Shown: positions 36,197 to 37,266 of the stretch, piece after piece | Numbering within the stretch: position 1 is the stretch's first letter | How the letters are laid out: every line of letters begins with the position of its first letter | Origin: Octopus bimaculoides | Lineage: Eukaryota | Direction: 5' to 3' | Assembly (NCBI RefSeq): GCF_001194135.2 | Contig: NC_068982.1 | Span: 58,538,918-58,576,183 of the forward strand | DNA length: 37,266 nucleotides | Position numbers and translations under genes: made by a program | The notes under the pieces: model-generated | What the model saw: only the letters and a program-made list of their open reading frames with translations | Database searches by the model: none | What the model was told of the DNA's origin: nothing

Positions 36197-36299
36197 ATGA
36201 AGCCTGGTGCAGTCTTCTGGCTTGTCAGATTCTGTCAAATAGTCCAACCCATGCCAGTGTGGAATACGGATGTTAAATGATGATGATGATGATATGACA

Positions 36300-36456
36300 A
36301 GGTTTTTGCAGTTTCCATCTACCAAATCAACTCTTTAGATTTTGGTCAAACTGGGGCTATAGTAGAAGACACTTGCCCAAGGTGCCACACAATGGGACTG
36401 AACCTGAAATCATGTGGTTGGGAAGCAAATTTCTGAACCTCACAGCCACACTTGCA
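36300..36456 (-). mobile_element. SINE family A, 5' half
   Basis: Matches 6100-6245. Confidence 0.75.
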
Positions 36457-37266
36457 CCTCTCCATGTGATCCCTAAATGTGCTAGAGACAACAGTTAAAT
36501 ATTCCTCAAAAATTACACTCAGCCATCTTAGATATAAAGGAAGAAAACGTTAGCAAGTGTAATTCTAGATATACGCTATATGATGGATAGTCATGGCTGG
36601 AATGTCGTTGGTCAGTCAGAGGTTTGCTTAATCAGACTGAACTGGAACCACATAGCAAAGAACAATGTGGTACCAGCACCAGCAAGGTATGTTTTGACAT
36701 GGTGTTTACAGCTGGATGCCCTCACCAACCACATTACAAAATGGCCTAGATGCTTTTTATGTGGCATTAGCACTGGTGAGGTCTGTCATTCATTTCCAAT
36801 ATTCTTTGTCAACCTGTCTAGTCATGGGAAAATATTACCTCGCTTTGAAACAGATAAGGATTCATGACAGGAAGAGCGTTTGGCTAGAGAAAATATTCCT
36901 CAATAAATTCTGTCTGACCTATGCAAACTTGGTCAGAAACATGTCCCTGAATGCAGGCTAGGCTGGGTGGAGGAGTTTGTCTCCCCCTCGCAAACATAAG
37001 GACACAGGAAATCTGTCAAGGCCGACAGGAAGCGGTCCAGCTTCTTAAGGCTAAATAGCAGTAGTATATTCCCTTATTGGGACTGTCACGTTAAGTTGGC
37101 AGTATACAACTACTTTAATAGTAACTAGGTTTTTATAAAAATAAGAAATAATTCAGAGGAAACCACTGACTGTCTGCCACTACAAAATAAAGTAAGTTTG
37201 TAAAATTCTTAATTTCATAAAAGATCTTTGTTGAAAATATCATAAGCCATCTGTTTATATAAATTA

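Larger units (their letters stand above)
35747..36933. repeat. inverted duplication, arms 35747-35996 and 36690-36933
   Basis: The outer 165 bp differ at about 6 positions by my count; the inner ~80 bp are more diverged. Confidence 0.92.

Overview
AT-rich, microsatellite-dense eukaryotic DNA with two assembly gaps (2133-3003, 10709-10968). The repeat content resembles an octopod cephalopod genome; this is an inference from recognition, not a database result. I can support no intact host gene, tRNA, rRNA or CRISPR array, and nearly all ORFs in the supplied track come from microsatellites, N-gaps or antisense reading of repeats. The window is mostly transposon relics: an RTE LINE 3' end plus several copies of its GAT-tailed 3' region, four fragments of R4/Dong-type restriction-like-endonuclease LINEs, two CR1/L2-group relics, a LINE ORF1 (gag-like) relic, two maT/mariner transposase C-termini, mariner- and piggyBac-like MITEs, at least four tRNA-derived SINE families, and two Penelope-type segments with degenerate minimal hammerhead folds. 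The most interesting structures are: a cluster of Dong fragments inside an (AAT)n array, one with a 51-bp fold-back of its own 5' end; two hammerhead-like motifs; a 48-bp perfect inverted repeat; a ~250-bp inverted duplication with a step in identity; a target-SINE-target-SINE-target array; and an ORF1 relic that repeats its own internal segment. I see no convincing new multi-gene system.
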